NCBI GenBank assembly: GCA_002269645.1
Contig: NIVC01004166.1
Coordinates: 1 to 57,140 of the forward strand
Direction of reading: 5' to 3'
From: Macrostomum lignano
Lineage: Eukaryota
DNA: 57,140 nt
Under the pieces are notes generated by a model. The model saw only the letters and a list, made by a program, of their open reading frames with translations, was not told the DNA's origin and ran no database searches. Below, in pieces: positions 27,701 to 38,324 of the stretch. Each line of letters starts with the position of its first letter. Within the stretch, counting starts at the first letter, position 1. The position numbers and the translations under genes were made by a program.

Positions 27701-30255
27701 TAGCACGGTGCAGTTGTAAAAATTAGAAATTTCTACACAAAAAACTCACACGACAAATCTGGTGGGCCAGTCGCGCTGCCAGTCGCCGGCACCGCCGCTG
27801 CTCTGCAGTTGCGCACCGGCCTGTGGAGATGCGGGATGGACAGGGGGCTGTAAGGGATTCTCAATCAGGATTTGAAGGAAAATTCCTAATAGGGATTTAT
27901 GGTGAGATAATAGCAATAGAAATTCAAGGAGCCAGATTCTCAATGGAGGATTGGGGAAGATCTTGAATAGGGATTCTCAATGGGGATTCGAGGGGAGATT
28001 CTCAATGGGGATTCGATGGGAGATTCTCAATGGGGATTCTCAATGGAGATTCTCAATGGGGATTCGATGGGAGATTCTCAATGGGGATTCTCAATGGAGA
28101 TTCTCAATGGGGATTCGAGGGGAGATTCTCAATGGGGATTCTCAATGGAGATTCTCAATGGGGATTCGAGGGGAGATTCTCAATAGGAAATTGAAGGGAA
28201 ATTCTTAGTGAGATTTTTGAGGAATTTTCCTATTCACGATTTGATCACGAGGAAAGACCATACACCAACACCATATTAAAAAGATGAAAATAGAAACAAT
28301 AGTTAAAAACAGTAACATGAGTGCTACTTACAGCCAGAACTGCTGGGCTGTGACTGCCACTTCCAGCTATAGCCGGACTGGCACTGCCAGACTGGGCCAG
28401 TGAGGATTGGCCACTCTCTCTTTGGGCATCTATCAACAGCTTCTCCATAGCCTGGGAGCCACCAGCTCCAGTTGCTTGTGGGTTAGGGTCAGCAGCAAAC
28501 TGTACCTCTATCCAGGTGGCAGATGTGGCGGCATCTACATGAATACAAGTTACAAAAATAGTATTAAGTGAATATTCTAAATGTCTATAATATCTCTTAT
28601 TAAAAATTCAATATAAATCAATACCAAAGATATAATTGCATAAATTTCCTTAGAATAAATATTTTTAAAACCTTAACTGAAAGTAAATATTTTTGTAAAT
28701 TCTTAGACCCCTACTGATTTGCTTGATTCTTGAATAAAGACTATAATTATTATGCTTGCATAATAGTTGGACATTTTAGTAACAAGACATTTCAATAACA
28801 ACCTTTTTCTTTAAACTTGAAACAATATGAAATCTGATTTTAATATAATAACAAAACCAATCAATGTACTCAAAATTAATAAAGACAATGAATATTAAAA
28901 TTATGGGTATTATCCTTTTTAAATTAGCTTGACTTTGCAAATAAAGGCCTATTATTAATCAATAGACCCTATATGCTACAATTTTATTTGAGAAATGTCA
29001 TTGAAAAGGTTATCACCAAAACATGTTGTTACCAAGGTGTCTAGGGACTAGCTAACTAACCTATGCTTAACTGAACTATAATAAAATTTTATATTTTTAG
29101 GCATTTTATTAGATTATAAACTTATCATTTATATTTTTATGATCACCTTTGATCATCTCAAAGGTATTTAATTTACTAATGTTCATACCATTAGAAGGGC
29201 CACAATGACAAAATTGCAAAGTATTCCCAAAGAAGCCTTCTAGGGCTACATGGAGGCCTGGTGCAGAAGAATAGACAAGTGCATTTGGCTTAGGCAAAAG
29301 TATTTTGAAGGAGCCAGATTTGATTCTAATTGATTTTTGCTCTTAAATTTTCTATGAGCCCAAGTCCTAGAACTTTTCTAATATACATTGAAGAAAACAA
29401 AATTATCTTTCAAATAACACCAAACCAATATATTTGCACTAAAAATCATTAAGTTATATGTATTAGAACAAAAAATTAATTTTTGCAAAAAAGTTTTGCT
29501 TTTCTATGTATTTTTCTATTAAAAAATATATACAAAACTTATCACTAAAATCTTCATAACTTTTTTATTCAATCAATTTTCATTCATAAGCCCATTTTTG
29601 GAATACTATTAATGTACTCTATCATGTTTGATAATCATACTATCAAAATAAAAAGTTTTATTTTTTAAATCTTATTGACAGCCTATTATTAGTTATTTAC
29701 TTTGAATTTTGCAATCAATTTTCATTCTAAATAAAAATAAACACATATATCACAAGCTAGCTATCCTATAGAATCATCTGTTAATTTATTTTCTCATTGT
29801 TAAGTTATTCTTAGCATTTGAGTAGTCCAAAAAGCTTATTAAATCAATATTAAAACATTAGAATTAGAATAGAAGAACAGAGCAACTTTGTTTTCCTAAC
29901 GACCTAAGCAATAGAGCAACCACAGTCAACTTTTACAGAGTTAGGCCTAATAATTCATGGTTTTTAGATGCACCTCACTGGAAAGCAAGAATTTTTTCAC
30001 TTCAAAAGTTTTGTCTTTTTATACTTTTATATACTTTTATATGCAAATCATAATTAATAATTATAAACAAAAGGTAGGCCTAAGACGAAAATCGGCCAAC
30101 TTTTATATCCAAATCATAGGGGCCTAATAAATATTTATAAACAAAAGGTAAGACACCTTAAAAAAACTAAAGCAAGTAGGCCTAGTCTATAGAGAGACAG
30201 TAGTAAAGTTTAATAAAATCTTACCAATTGAAGTCTCAGCTCCAGTCAAAGACAT
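12734..30255 (-). CDS. BNIP3: BNIP3/NIX-like mitophagy receptor, 5 exons: 30225-30255, 28332-28534, 27750-27847, 27520-27654, 12734-12800; 177 aa
   Basis: GT-AG introns with matching phases (1,0,2,2) sum to 534 nt with a terminal TGA. The protein has LIR-like ATWIEV, MEKLLIDAQRESGQSS (cf. BNIP3 ILLDAQHESGRSS), DWQRDWPTR (cf. DWIWDWSSR), LSLRKT (cf. LSMRNT) and a C-terminal TM anchor SVLLSWISHAASFLLGATSMYIIC with the SHxx(A/S)xxxG motif. Comparison made from memory, not by search. Confidence 0.85.
12875..14015. repeat. 31-bp satellite (GAGATAATCCTGCTGGGATTGCAATRAYACT)n, left arm, ~37 units
   Basis: Read directly; ends exactly at the TSD of the DNA transposon. Confidence 0.98.
14524..22432 (+). 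CDS. DDE transposase split by LINE insertion: 14524-15960 + 21809-22432, 686 aa when rejoined
   Basis: 14524-15960 is exactly 479 codons, and 21809 continues in frame (RNYASCVRRP...) into the 188-aa ORF. N-terminal H-x7-C-x2-C...C-x2-C...H-x2-C zinc finger; candidate catalytic D (GMDGG), D (ACDFKLAN) and E (FSEQAVESAH); C2C (CLYC), LH (PELHIMLG) and H3H (KMHALFHH) motifs typical of CMC/Transib/RAG1. Confidence 0.88.
16072..19776 (-). CDS. LINE ORF2 (1234 aa): AP endonuclease + reverse transcriptase + RNase H + CCHC finger, uninterrupted
   Basis: QVNLQH...LIQEPW, GDINAHH, SDH (APE); KSPGPDG, FRPISLTS, QHAFR, FLDIVGAFD, GSPQGGVLSP, YADD (RT); FTDGS, EVLAI, SDSQAAL, WIPGH, GNELAD (RNase H); CPFC...H...C. 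Confidence 0.97.
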   Translation of the reverse strand: MTVSQGIHCLQVNLQHSIAASVNLLKHTDQYVPGIILIQEPWTLRGSPQHVPTGYQCLTAGTREGNLAPRSCIMVSSSINAWLRSDLSTRDICVIQSEDILPGRTTLIASVYLPGDGEMIPVELVTLVELCSTRNYELLVAGDINAHHTHWGSSDINQRGEDFLAYIATTTLEFCNSGSTPTFNNGRRSEVLDATLATPRLFQSTREWRVLPEASLSDHKFISFTLASARNAGQLYWKRNARNTDWTAFRLALEETYRCTSAPVSINTCEEADEFAAALTDSLTAAFEASCPLKAYKGKQSAPWWNPQLGDLRRRAKRLHRRAQKTKNPADQTAYLNSIHEFKRQVRNAKTNKWREYCEELEGSRPTSRIVKALTLDKMSKLSSVKRADGSLTENPGETLEAMLTAFFPNEPARPGPPDHSVGGHVLADSIITEDRVTKAVSSFKPFKSPGPDGVVPAFLREAVKCTGFLRNLCRLLKACIVLGFVPKSWTEAKVVFIPKPGRPDYRSIKSFRPISLTSSLVKLLERLVLWRLLSVELKNKPLSENQHAFRAGRSTESALHVLVDMLEKAVLGNGYALAVFLDIVGAFDNVLFEAFDRALRARGTHSHLTRWIMYMISHRTATAHLLGHQRTVTVCKGSPQGGVLSPVLWNMVIDELLQDSHLDPILKVGYADDVTAVASGPSPETLRDLLQNFIRSAERWADRCGLRLSETKTVAIMFTSRVNWRIRPLKLYGVEIPSCKQTKCLGVTLDHRLSWSTHVQAKTKKALAILAQLRRAVGTTWGLTPKRLWWIYTAMVRPAVTYAGLVWTSALQIKTCHEALKKVQGRACRMILNAPLSAPFDGLNAFLCLPPLDIFVRREAAKTTRRLIEAGVSFKPQRAMAKRKLLPHSDLCLKVLEESGSAAVLSDAEPRSLNLYQRFKVTIPSRENANDSWAPQEVHCFTDGSSKDGLSGFGVCILINGRVIATHAQHTGRLSSVFQNEVLAISSCAAELHRKDFKDRRIFFHSDSQAALQALCHTTTNSRTVRDCIGQLNKLARRNTVRLTWIPGHAGFKGNELADSLAKAGCSGSPLGPVPLAPIPATVINRQINDWADILHLRRWDGISNCRQSRAAVPNPSLKLRRILLNQNRKDIRALTMTFTGHGCFARHCFLRCVRRSELCPFCSLENEDAMHFVCYCPAFNRDRLNHLGPNPSLDDVCRPENIPRLIRFLRATKRASVFPTEDNAADRTGRPP
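19779..21306 (-). CDS. LINE ORF1, broken by two apparent 1-nt deletions (~509 aa if restored)
   Basis: The 154-aa ORF joins the 305-aa ORF if the C5 run at 20943-20947 gains one base (...QGGNPAG...SESYASKVK...VMILGGD). A second -1 shift between 20036 and 19928 would add the tail ending EPMEIGD...SSPGQ, whose TAG lies 2 nt before the ORF2 ATG. The central domain resembles Loa-type ORF1 (DUF4780-like, from memory). Confidence 0.75.
21555..21796 (-). ncRNA. HDV-like self-cleaving ribozyme at the LINE 5' end (long J1/2)
   Basis: P1 GCACGCG (21796-21790) / CGCGTGT (21601-21595) with G1-U wobble; P2 CCCAG / CTGGG; P3 GGG / CCC; 7-nt L3 TACTCGT; P1.1 AC / GT; P4 GCAGACCC-TA-GGGCTGC; J4/2 CAGA (C-N-R-A) with the candidate catalytic C at 21566. 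Elements occur in canonical order. Folded by hand, not tested. Confidence 0.82.
22834..27510. repeat. 31-bp satellite, right arm, ~150 units with ~1.2-kb higher-order repeats
   Basis: Same unit and orientation as the left arm; the rare variant TCTAATGGCAC recurs at 24031, 25228 and 26482. Confidence 0.98.
27960..28190. repeat. Minisatellite of GGGATTCTCAATG / GGAGATTCTCAATG / GGGATTCGA units in BNIP3 intron 2
   Basis: Composite tandem units read directly. Confidence 0.92.
29185..29390 (+). mobile_element. Decayed mariner transposase 3' end
   Basis: Translation IRRATMTKLQSIPKEAF*GYMEAWCRRIDKCIWLRQKYFEG matches the mariner C-terminal pattern L..IP...F....W..R..KCI....YFEG; contains an in-frame stop. 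Confidence 0.6.
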
Positions 30256-30542
30256 TTGCAAAATTTTGACTTGTTTGTTGTCAAGTGTAAATAATTCTTC
30301 AGTCAGACAAATTAAAAAAGTCTTTAAGAAATTAGACACTTAGTCTTATTATTATGCAGTTTATGCAGAATATATTCTTTCTGATAATTAGGCCAACAGG
30401 TAATTTTGTTTAGTAATAGATATTGCAAATTTATAAGATCAATTCAGTCCTTTTAGGCCTATTTCAATTATGGTCAGTCAATCAAATCCATCTTCGTCAC
30501 GCAGCTACGATGTGTTGTGTCGCGTTGAGTGGGGGGCGGGGG

Positions 30543-30596
<54 letters not shown>
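30543..30596. repeat. (AGT)n microsatellite
   Basis: Direct. Confidence 0.98.
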
Positions 30597-30949
30597 AGTT
30601 GGCTCAGGCAAGAAGCCTGTTTGGCCAATATATTTCTATGTATTTAAGATTGCTTCAGGAATAGGAGACAATATTTTAGCACTAGTTATTTAATTATGAT
30701 TAGTACGAGTTTTGCAAAATGGTATTTGAAAGAACGCGGAAAAGTTATTAACGATACTTGGACGACTAACGAAGCGAAAGAAAAAGCAAGGAGTTAAAAA
30801 AAAGTATTGCAGTTAATAAAAGTAAAAACGAAAGAAAAATGAACAAAAACGAACTTCGAAGGGACTTTACGTTAAGCGAATGACGACGATTTAAATAGGT
30901 ATTAGATAGGAAACTAATTAAATACTAATTAAGTGCTAATTTAGTAGGA

Positions 30950-31990
30950 AATTAAAAATGGGAAAGGCGGATTTATTTCACTGCTGATATGTCTGTTTCA
31001 GTTTGCATAACTGTTTTAGCTATTCATGACTTCATATATTTTAGCTACACCAGTGAGCTCTTTTCTGACTCTTTTTTCATTTGTAGCATATCCTAACTTG
31101 TGTACTTGCTTGTCATTTAGGAGGTACTGACAGAAGTATTTTTTTCTGAACTTTTCGGTTTGTGGACATTCGGTCAAGTAGTGTAGGATATCGGAACCAT
31201 TTCTCGCTCCACACAGTCTACATGGTTCATGAGAGAAAATGTTGGGTGTAATTTCGCATTTCAGTTTTAGGAGGGTTGTTAGGAATTTTTTGTTTCTAAA
31301 AGTGCATGGAAAGTAATCTGAAAGGTCAGGCCTGCAGATTTTTTTGTAGAGATAGGCGTTTTTATAGAGTTTAATATGTTGCTGATTCTCTAGCTTTTGG
31401 CTAAGTTCTCTTTCTCTGTGTATCTTGAGGTGCTTTTTCACTAGTTATTTCTCGTTATTAAAGCTTTGGGAAAGTTTATCTTCAGTTAGTGCTTTTAAGT
31501 CTATACTTTCCAGTTTCTTTAGTATATTTGTTTTCCATGGATTTTTTTGGCTGGTGTTTGAGTAGAAAATTTCTAGTGTCGTTTGGCAAAGTTTTTGATG
31601 TCTAATCTTCAGCCAGTAGGTAAGATAGGTTTTAGCAATTCGTTGGGAGATTGGAGTAAGCTCAAGTTCTGATGATATCACACTGTTGCTAGCAAATTTT
31701 GGTAGATTGAGGAGATATTTGTAGAATTTCAGCTGAATGTTATCAATAGCTTTTGTTTCAGAAATGGTAGCCAGAGGGCCCCAGAGCTCACAGCCGTACG
31801 TGATAACGGGGGTGACAAGCGCGTCGAATAGTCTGCGAATGAGAACGAATGAGGTAGTAGAGAGCAGATCAGCTGATATTTTAGGATTTTTTCATGCCCA
31901 TATTGAAAACTTTGCCACAAATCTTAAAGTTCTTATTTACAGGAAATTTATTAAATCAAGAATGGTTCTTAATCCGATATTTCGTTAGAA
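30950..31990 (-). mobile_element. Decayed AT-rich LINE 3' fragment (CR1/L2-group-like RT C-terminus and zinc finger)
   Basis: FDALVTPVITYGCELWG...IDNIQLKFYKYLLNLPK...SELELTPI and CRLCGARNGSDILHYLTECP, interrupted by stops. Confidence 0.8.
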
Positions 31991-33055
31991 AAATGTTTTT
32001 GTTATACATGGTATTTCTGCCGTAAAATTTATCAAATGAGCACAATCGCCCTAATACAAAGGAATCAAATTTTATGTACAAGTTATGTGATCACACGAAA
32101 TTGGCCCTATTTGATGGCGGTGTGAACGAGCCTTAACTGTTGGGCAATCGAGCCCCCTTTTTGCCTTCGTGCCCCACCCCAAGCCTTTCACGCTGCCCCA
32201 CCCCCATATTTTTCTCTATCCATAATCAATTCGTACGCTGTCGCTGTTCACGCCACCTTGCACCTCACCCCGTCCCCCCCATACCGTACATTTGTTCCTA
32301 ATTTATTTAAAATTCATGTACGCGTAATTATTAATTAAGAATACTGTAATATAATGAAGTCGCTGTGTGGTGGGCAGCCCCCCCCCCCCTGCTCGCGTTT
32401 GGTCCGCCTCCGCGTTGGCTATTGAACAAAACTTCGTCTACCATATGAAAAGTGCACGGCGAACTGCATCGGCTAAGTTCTTGAGTAACTGTTGATGAGG
32501 ACGCACCTTTTTTCAATCTTAAAACCGCACATTTAGCTCCGATGCGCTTTTTCCCCTACTGTCAGTAGGCTAGCTTAGGATTTTCTCTCTATTCTCTCAT
32601 CTAGCGAGTCCTATGTTATTTTATGACATTTATACTCTTAATTATGTTAGGGACTTAATGTATTTCCTTTAGGACTCTATTTTTGGGTGTTTACGCTTGA
32701 TTGAAGGTCAAGGCCGTCTGGGTCTAAGTCGGATCTTGACCTCTAACAGTCTAGACAGGCGACACTAAGTCTGGAAGGAATGTTTTTATCTTATTCTGAC
32801 CCCCCGATTTATGACTTTTTCACTATTTTTAGTGATTTATTGCGGTCTAGCTGTCACTTTTGGCTCCAGCCTGTCTGGGTCAAAGAGGTCTTTCCAGCCT
32901 CCTTCCCACTCGCTCTATTGCCTGCTCCTTTGAGTTATGGGTTTTCTGCAGTCACTTTCGGCGCCAGGATGTCTAGACAAGTGACTTTTATTCAGTTTTG
33001 TTCATGATTTATGACCGCACCTGGGTCTGGAGGCCACCTGGTGGGGTGGGTTTTG

Positions 33056-33271
33056 GGGTCTGCCTTGAACACACGCGGGGACGGATACCCCTGGGTCGAC
33101 TTGCGAGACAGCGTTGGGGGGTCTGCGGCTGCCAGCGGCAATAGAGGGTGCAGACCTCCCACCAGCCTTAACCTGCTGAAAATAGGGGCAGGCGTGAAGC
33201 ATCGCAGACCGTAGCCCATAGGCCTAGCCTGTCTCATACTTCACTGGCGTGCTGAATACACCTTTGCGTGC
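33056..33271 (-). mobile_element. Isolated 5' end of a related Loa-like LINE, including a truncated HDV-like ribozyme
   Basis: Strong similarity to 21581-21796, starting at the same GCACGC; diverges inside P4, and no J4/2 plus P2 3' strand was found. Confidence 0.85.
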
Positions 33272-34097
33272 AATCTGTCGACGTGTTGACACATTTAGGG
33301 CCAAAAGCGTGCAGTTACGTGTACTTGTACATGTACTTCCGGGAATTTGGTAATGAGGTAGTGCATTGGGCGGTGCTTGAAAGCTCACCACCGCAAGAAC
33401 CCCCTGCAGAAGTCCTCTCTGTCCCTGCATGGCCAATGCGATCTTAGTCCCAGCAGTGTCCCTTCTATTCGGCTATGACTTCGAGATTTAGACAGCTAAA
33501 AGACACTAGATGCCAGGTAAGCGCAGTGTCCTTCTAGTCGGAAGTCCGATTTCGACAGCTCCGGTTTGGTGAGCCGGGGCGCACGGACTGGTGGCAGCGG
33601 GTTAGTTAGCCTGCCGGTTAGCTAATTTCTACCTTTCAAATTCCCCATGCTTGTCTCTCGCTGTCTTCTCTTAGCTATAGGACCTTGCTGCTCACCCACA
33701 ATCATAGCTACCTCGGGACTGACCATCTGACAGGAGTGAGAGGCCAGAGCTTTAAGAGATTCATTTCTGAGTTCTGAGGCCCGAAGCTACAGGCTTAAAA
33801 AGGCCGAACCCATCACTGTTCTTTTCCTGCTTCTCCCTATGGCGCAGGACGGGAGCCCAGCTGGACTGGGGACCTGAGGGTCGCAGCTTCCGACATGGTT
33901 AGGCTCGCTCCGAAGGGGCTCGGGGCTCACAACATAAGATCACAGCTGTAATTGAAATCACGTCACTAAACGTGCGCGAGTCGACTTATAAAACCCCATT
34001 TATCCCATTTCTCCTCATAGAGATCCCCAAATTCGAAAGTGTTCGGTTTTAGGCACGGGAGCTATTTTGGCTCCAAATGAAGACATTGGCGTAGACG

Positions 34098-36277
34098 TAG
34101 GGGTGTTCGGGGTTCGGGTTTCGGGTCGGGTTTCGGGTCGGGTTTTGGCACCGGGTTCGGGGTTCGGGGTAGGCGGTCGGGTTCGGTTTTCGGGTCGGGT
34201 TTTGGGTTTTCAGGGTTTTCGGGTTTTTTATATTTTTACGAGTTGAAACGAAATCAAGCGTAAACTGACTTGACTTACTTGACTTAGCTGCAGGGGGCGT
34301 CCGGCGGATGCAGCGGGGAGGCGGAGGAGACCGCCCATTCCGCTAGCCCCTGGCGACCAATGACTTCCGTTGAAGTGAAGTCGCTCAGGGGGACCCGTCG
34401 GTCTCGCCTGCAGCGCGATCCTCCTCACCGACAGTGGGGAAGAAATCAGCTCGTCCGGTGTCCCTGAGGTACCGGGCGAGCAGCGGGATGCTCTCGGGCC
34501 TGCAAACGTCGGAGAGAACCGGGTTTGGCCCGAGGTGAGTGAGCCTGGCCCTGGTGAAAACCGGGCAGTGGCAGATAAAATGCTCGGCGTTTTCACTGCC
34601 AGAGCGGCAGAAGGGGCACCGCTCCTCGCGTACCTGGCCCTGAAGGAAGCGGTGGCGAGAGAAGCAGCCATGCCCGGAGAGGGCCATGCTAACTGCTCTG
34701 AGGTCTCTGCGGTTGAGCCTGAGGAGGGCTCTACGCAGGAGAGGGGAGGGGCAGGGGACGGCCGCCCGGGATTGCCTACAATTCCGGGTGTCGTGCCACC
34801 TGCGGAGATGCTCGGAGTCAGCCCAGCGCTTAACGCGGGAGTTGATCACCGAGGCGGGGATGGGGGCCCCGGGCCCGGTCCCAGCAACGCGCCGGCGGAG
34901 CCAGCCTTGGCCAGCAGGTCGGCGCGCTCGTTGCCGAGGAAACCGGCGTGGCCCGGGATCCATCTGAGCTCTACCTGGTTGCCTAGCGCAAGCCCGTTGA
35001 GCTGGGTGTTGCAGTCCAGGACGGACCTGGAGCTGGTGGTGCAGCGGCAGAGGGCCCGAAGGGCTGCTTGGCTGTCAGAGTGAAAAATAAGCTTCCGACC
35101 GCTAAGCTGCCTTCGGCGCAGTTCTGCCGCGCAGGAGCTGATGGCAAGCACCTCGCTCTGAAAAACACTGGAGTTGAGCCCAGTGTGCTGGGAGTAGCTC
35201 CACGCCACTTCTCCCTTGAAGAAGACGCACGCTCCGAAGCCTGAAAGACCATGCTTCATAGAGCCGTCAGTGTAACAGTGGACTTCAGAATCGCTCCAGC
35301 TGTCACTCGCCTCATGTCGAGGCTGAATAGTGACCTTATACCTTTGGCTCAGGAGAAGGGTGGCTGGGATCGAGTCCGAGAGGATGTTGAGCCCGCCACA
35401 TTCTTCTAGAGCCTTGAGGCAGAGGTCAGAGTGCGGGATAAGCGACCGCTTCTTAAAGGCCCGCACTTTCTTGAAGGCCACCCCAGCATCCAGAAGACGC
35501 CGGGTGCTCTTCGCCGCCTCTCCTTTGATATATGAAACTGAGTATTTCCAGGTTTTTTCGCGTATGTTTAGTTTTTTAAATCGTTATAAATATCATTCTA
35601 GTATGCTACCTTACCTTATAATGCGCAACAATTTACACAAATGACAAATTAAGGCTTTGTCAAGAATCCGTTTAGAAAAAAACTGAATTTATAATATTAT
35701 AGCCTTCTCCGAGCAAGAGAAGACCATATTGGTATTATGGTATGTAGAGCCTGTCACTATTAGTGAGTGAGAGAGTCAAAGAGAGGCAGTGCTAAATAAA
35801 ATGTAAAGCCGGTACGAAACGATACCATCTTTGGAGAAAAAAGATTTCGTTGAATAGAATGGAGTCGAAAAAAATAGAAAACTTGTTTTTTCTCGCCTTC
35901 ATTCCTTTGAAACAGTTTTTGATTCAGCTTATGACTTATGGTGTGATGAAGCCTTGGACGTTAGAGAACTTGGAGCCCTTGAAGAAAAGCAGATAATATA
36001 ACCCTTTGCAGTGTCTCGACATGATACTGCAGTGTTACGAGCTGTTACGAGTGTTCAAGCGCGCTTAAAAATACGAAAAATAGTGCAACTATTTTGATTC
36101 TGATTGAGTATTGATGTTTTTTCGGGTAGAATTTCGAGGTCGGGTCGGATTGGATTTTGGGTCCGGGTCGGTTTCGGGTTCGGGTAGGGTGTTCGGGTCG
36201 GGTTCGGGGTTCGGGGTTATAGCTTCGGGTTTGAGTTCTACTCCGAACCCGAAAAAATGGAAACCCGAGCACCCCTA
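34098..36277. mobile_element. Non-autonomous hAT-like element (~0.9 kb without the LINE insert)
   Basis: 14-bp TIR TAGGGGTG(T/C)TCGGG at 34098 and ending 36277; subterminal CGGGTT/CGGGTC repeat blocks at both ends; imperfect flanking duplication GCGTAGA (34089-34095 and 36278-36284). Confidence 0.65.
34269..35532 (-). mobile_element. 5'-truncated Loa-like LINE copy (RT C-terminus, RNase H, CCHC, 3' UTR, (CAAGT/TAAGT) tail)
   Basis: HCYTDGS, SVFQSEVLAI, SDSQAAL, WIPGHAGFLGNERAD, CPFC...H...C; 3' UTR homologous to 15961-16040; possible 7-bp TSD AAACTGA (34262-34268, 35535-35541). Confidence 0.92.
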
Positions 36278-36673
36278 GCGTAGAGAAATCGGGACCAAAT
36301 GTTTCGGGTTTCTCGATCATTTTGACTCTTGTACATAGAATGCTACTGTCAGTAGATCAACGCACACATACGCAGCAAAACTTAAACTATGAATCATGCT
36401 ACTATTTATAGAGAAGAAATGAATCATGTTACTATTTATATCGAGAAGATGAATTATGTTACCTTCTATGGCGAAAAGATGAGATTTATGCACTCGATGA
36501 ATATATTGGATTTCTTCTGCACTCGAAGAATATATTGACGTCGACGGATTGAATTGTTACGTCATTAAAGTGCTCTCATATTCGGCCGATTTTATTAGAA
36601 GTCAAGAAGACAACTCCGGAGGAAGACTACATTGAGGAAACGAGCTCTACAGACCTGCCTGACAAAGAATAGG

Positions 36674-36706
<33 letters not shown>

Positions 36707-37460
36707 TCTCTCTCTCTTTCTCTCTCTCTTTCCGTCTCTCTGTCTAGTGTGCTAAAGCGAACTCTTCACTCTTAAGTTCACATCCTCTTCAGATTCTACC
36801 AAAGACAACTAACTATATTCCCACAAAATTTAGATTTTTCATTCATTTTCTAAAATAGTTTTTATCCAGTGGATTCATACATCTGGCTGACATGACAGTG
36901 GCCATGCACTCATCATTTGTATAGGGTATGAGTCGATAACGTGTTTGCTTCCAGAAAATCGACGATGGACTCATGTAGTCAGCTGTTATATAGAACAGGT
37001 ACCACTGCAGCACACACTACGGCAGGACGGAACACTCGTACATGTACATTGTATTTCCAGGAAAATGTATAGACACGATTCTGATCGTTTGACAGCAGTT
37101 ATAGATCGTACTAGCAATCTAGCGCCCCCCTTCGGGGTGGCCAATAAGCAAGGGACGAATCCTTTAAAATGAAAAAAAAATTCTTAGGGAGGGGGGCTAG
37201 GAATCGAATTCTCATTTTAATTCCAGGCTTATGTACCAATAAAACATGTTTGTGCAGAATTTTATAACAGACATTGAAATTCAACCATACTTGCCTTCTT
37301 TCAGAGCTACTTCTACCAGTATGCTTCAGTACGCTACCAGTACCCTTGTAAGCCTTGACATGTCAGCAATCCCCCCCACAAGCCTTAACATATCAACTCC
37401 CCCTTGACATCTCAGCAATGCTCCCATAAGCCTTGAAATCTTAAAAAATCTGTCTACTTT

Positions 37461-37487
37461 CTAACCCTAACCCTAACCCTAACCCTA
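37461..37487. repeat. Short interstitial telomere-type tract (CCCTAA)4
   Basis: CTAACCCTAACCCTAACCCTAACCCTA read directly. Confidence 0.8.
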
Positions 37488-38324
37488 AAGCATTGAAATT
37501 TCAGTAATTCTCTCTAAGAGTCTATAGCACTACTACAGCATTATAGCGATTCCCTGCAAGCCTCGACATCGTAGGGATTCCCAAATTAATCTCTTAACTT
37601 TGACATGAAGCTTCTTTTTTTACATTACGCTTTTTCTATCAGCGATCCCTCCCATGAGGAGCCAACAAATAATGTAATAACTTTTTTCCAATAAACTACA
37701 TGTAGCTTCTGACATTAGCCTTGACATCTCATTTATTCCCCGTGAGCCTTGACATCTCAGCTATAGATAGATAGATAGATAGATTCCCCTCGTAAGCCTT
37801 GACATGTCAGCGATGCCCCCCATAAACCTTGAAATCTAAAAAATCCCCTGTTAACCTTGAAACGCGCTAAAATCTAACCCTCAACCCAAACCTGACGTAA
37901 ACCTAACTTTCACCCAACCTAAAGCCTTGAAATCACAGCAATTCTTCTTCCCTAAGCCTTGGCATTTAAGTGATTCCTTCTTTAAGAATCACAGCACTAT
38001 AACGATTCCCTCCAAGCTTTGACATCGTAGCAATTCCCAAATGAATCTTTTAACTTTGACATGACTTTTATTTTATGTATACATAGTGCTCCTTTTATTT
38101 TTACATGACTCTTCTTCTATCAGCGCCCCCCCCCACCGTGGCAAGCCAACAAAGAATGCAATAAAAAAACTTAAGTAAAGTACATGTACTTTGAAGTAGC
38201 TTCTGACTTTTGCTTTAACATCTCAGAAACCCCCCTGTAATCTCAGTTATTCTCTGTGAGCCTTGACGTCTCAGTGATTCTCCCCAGCACAGCACAATAG
38301 CTTCATTTAATTTTTACATGACAC

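Noticed and set aside
33589-33600. TGGTGGCAGCGG as a tRNA-Leu primer-binding site of an LTR element
   Set aside because: Only a 12-nt match, no adjacent LTR end (CA), no second LTR and no gag/pol found.
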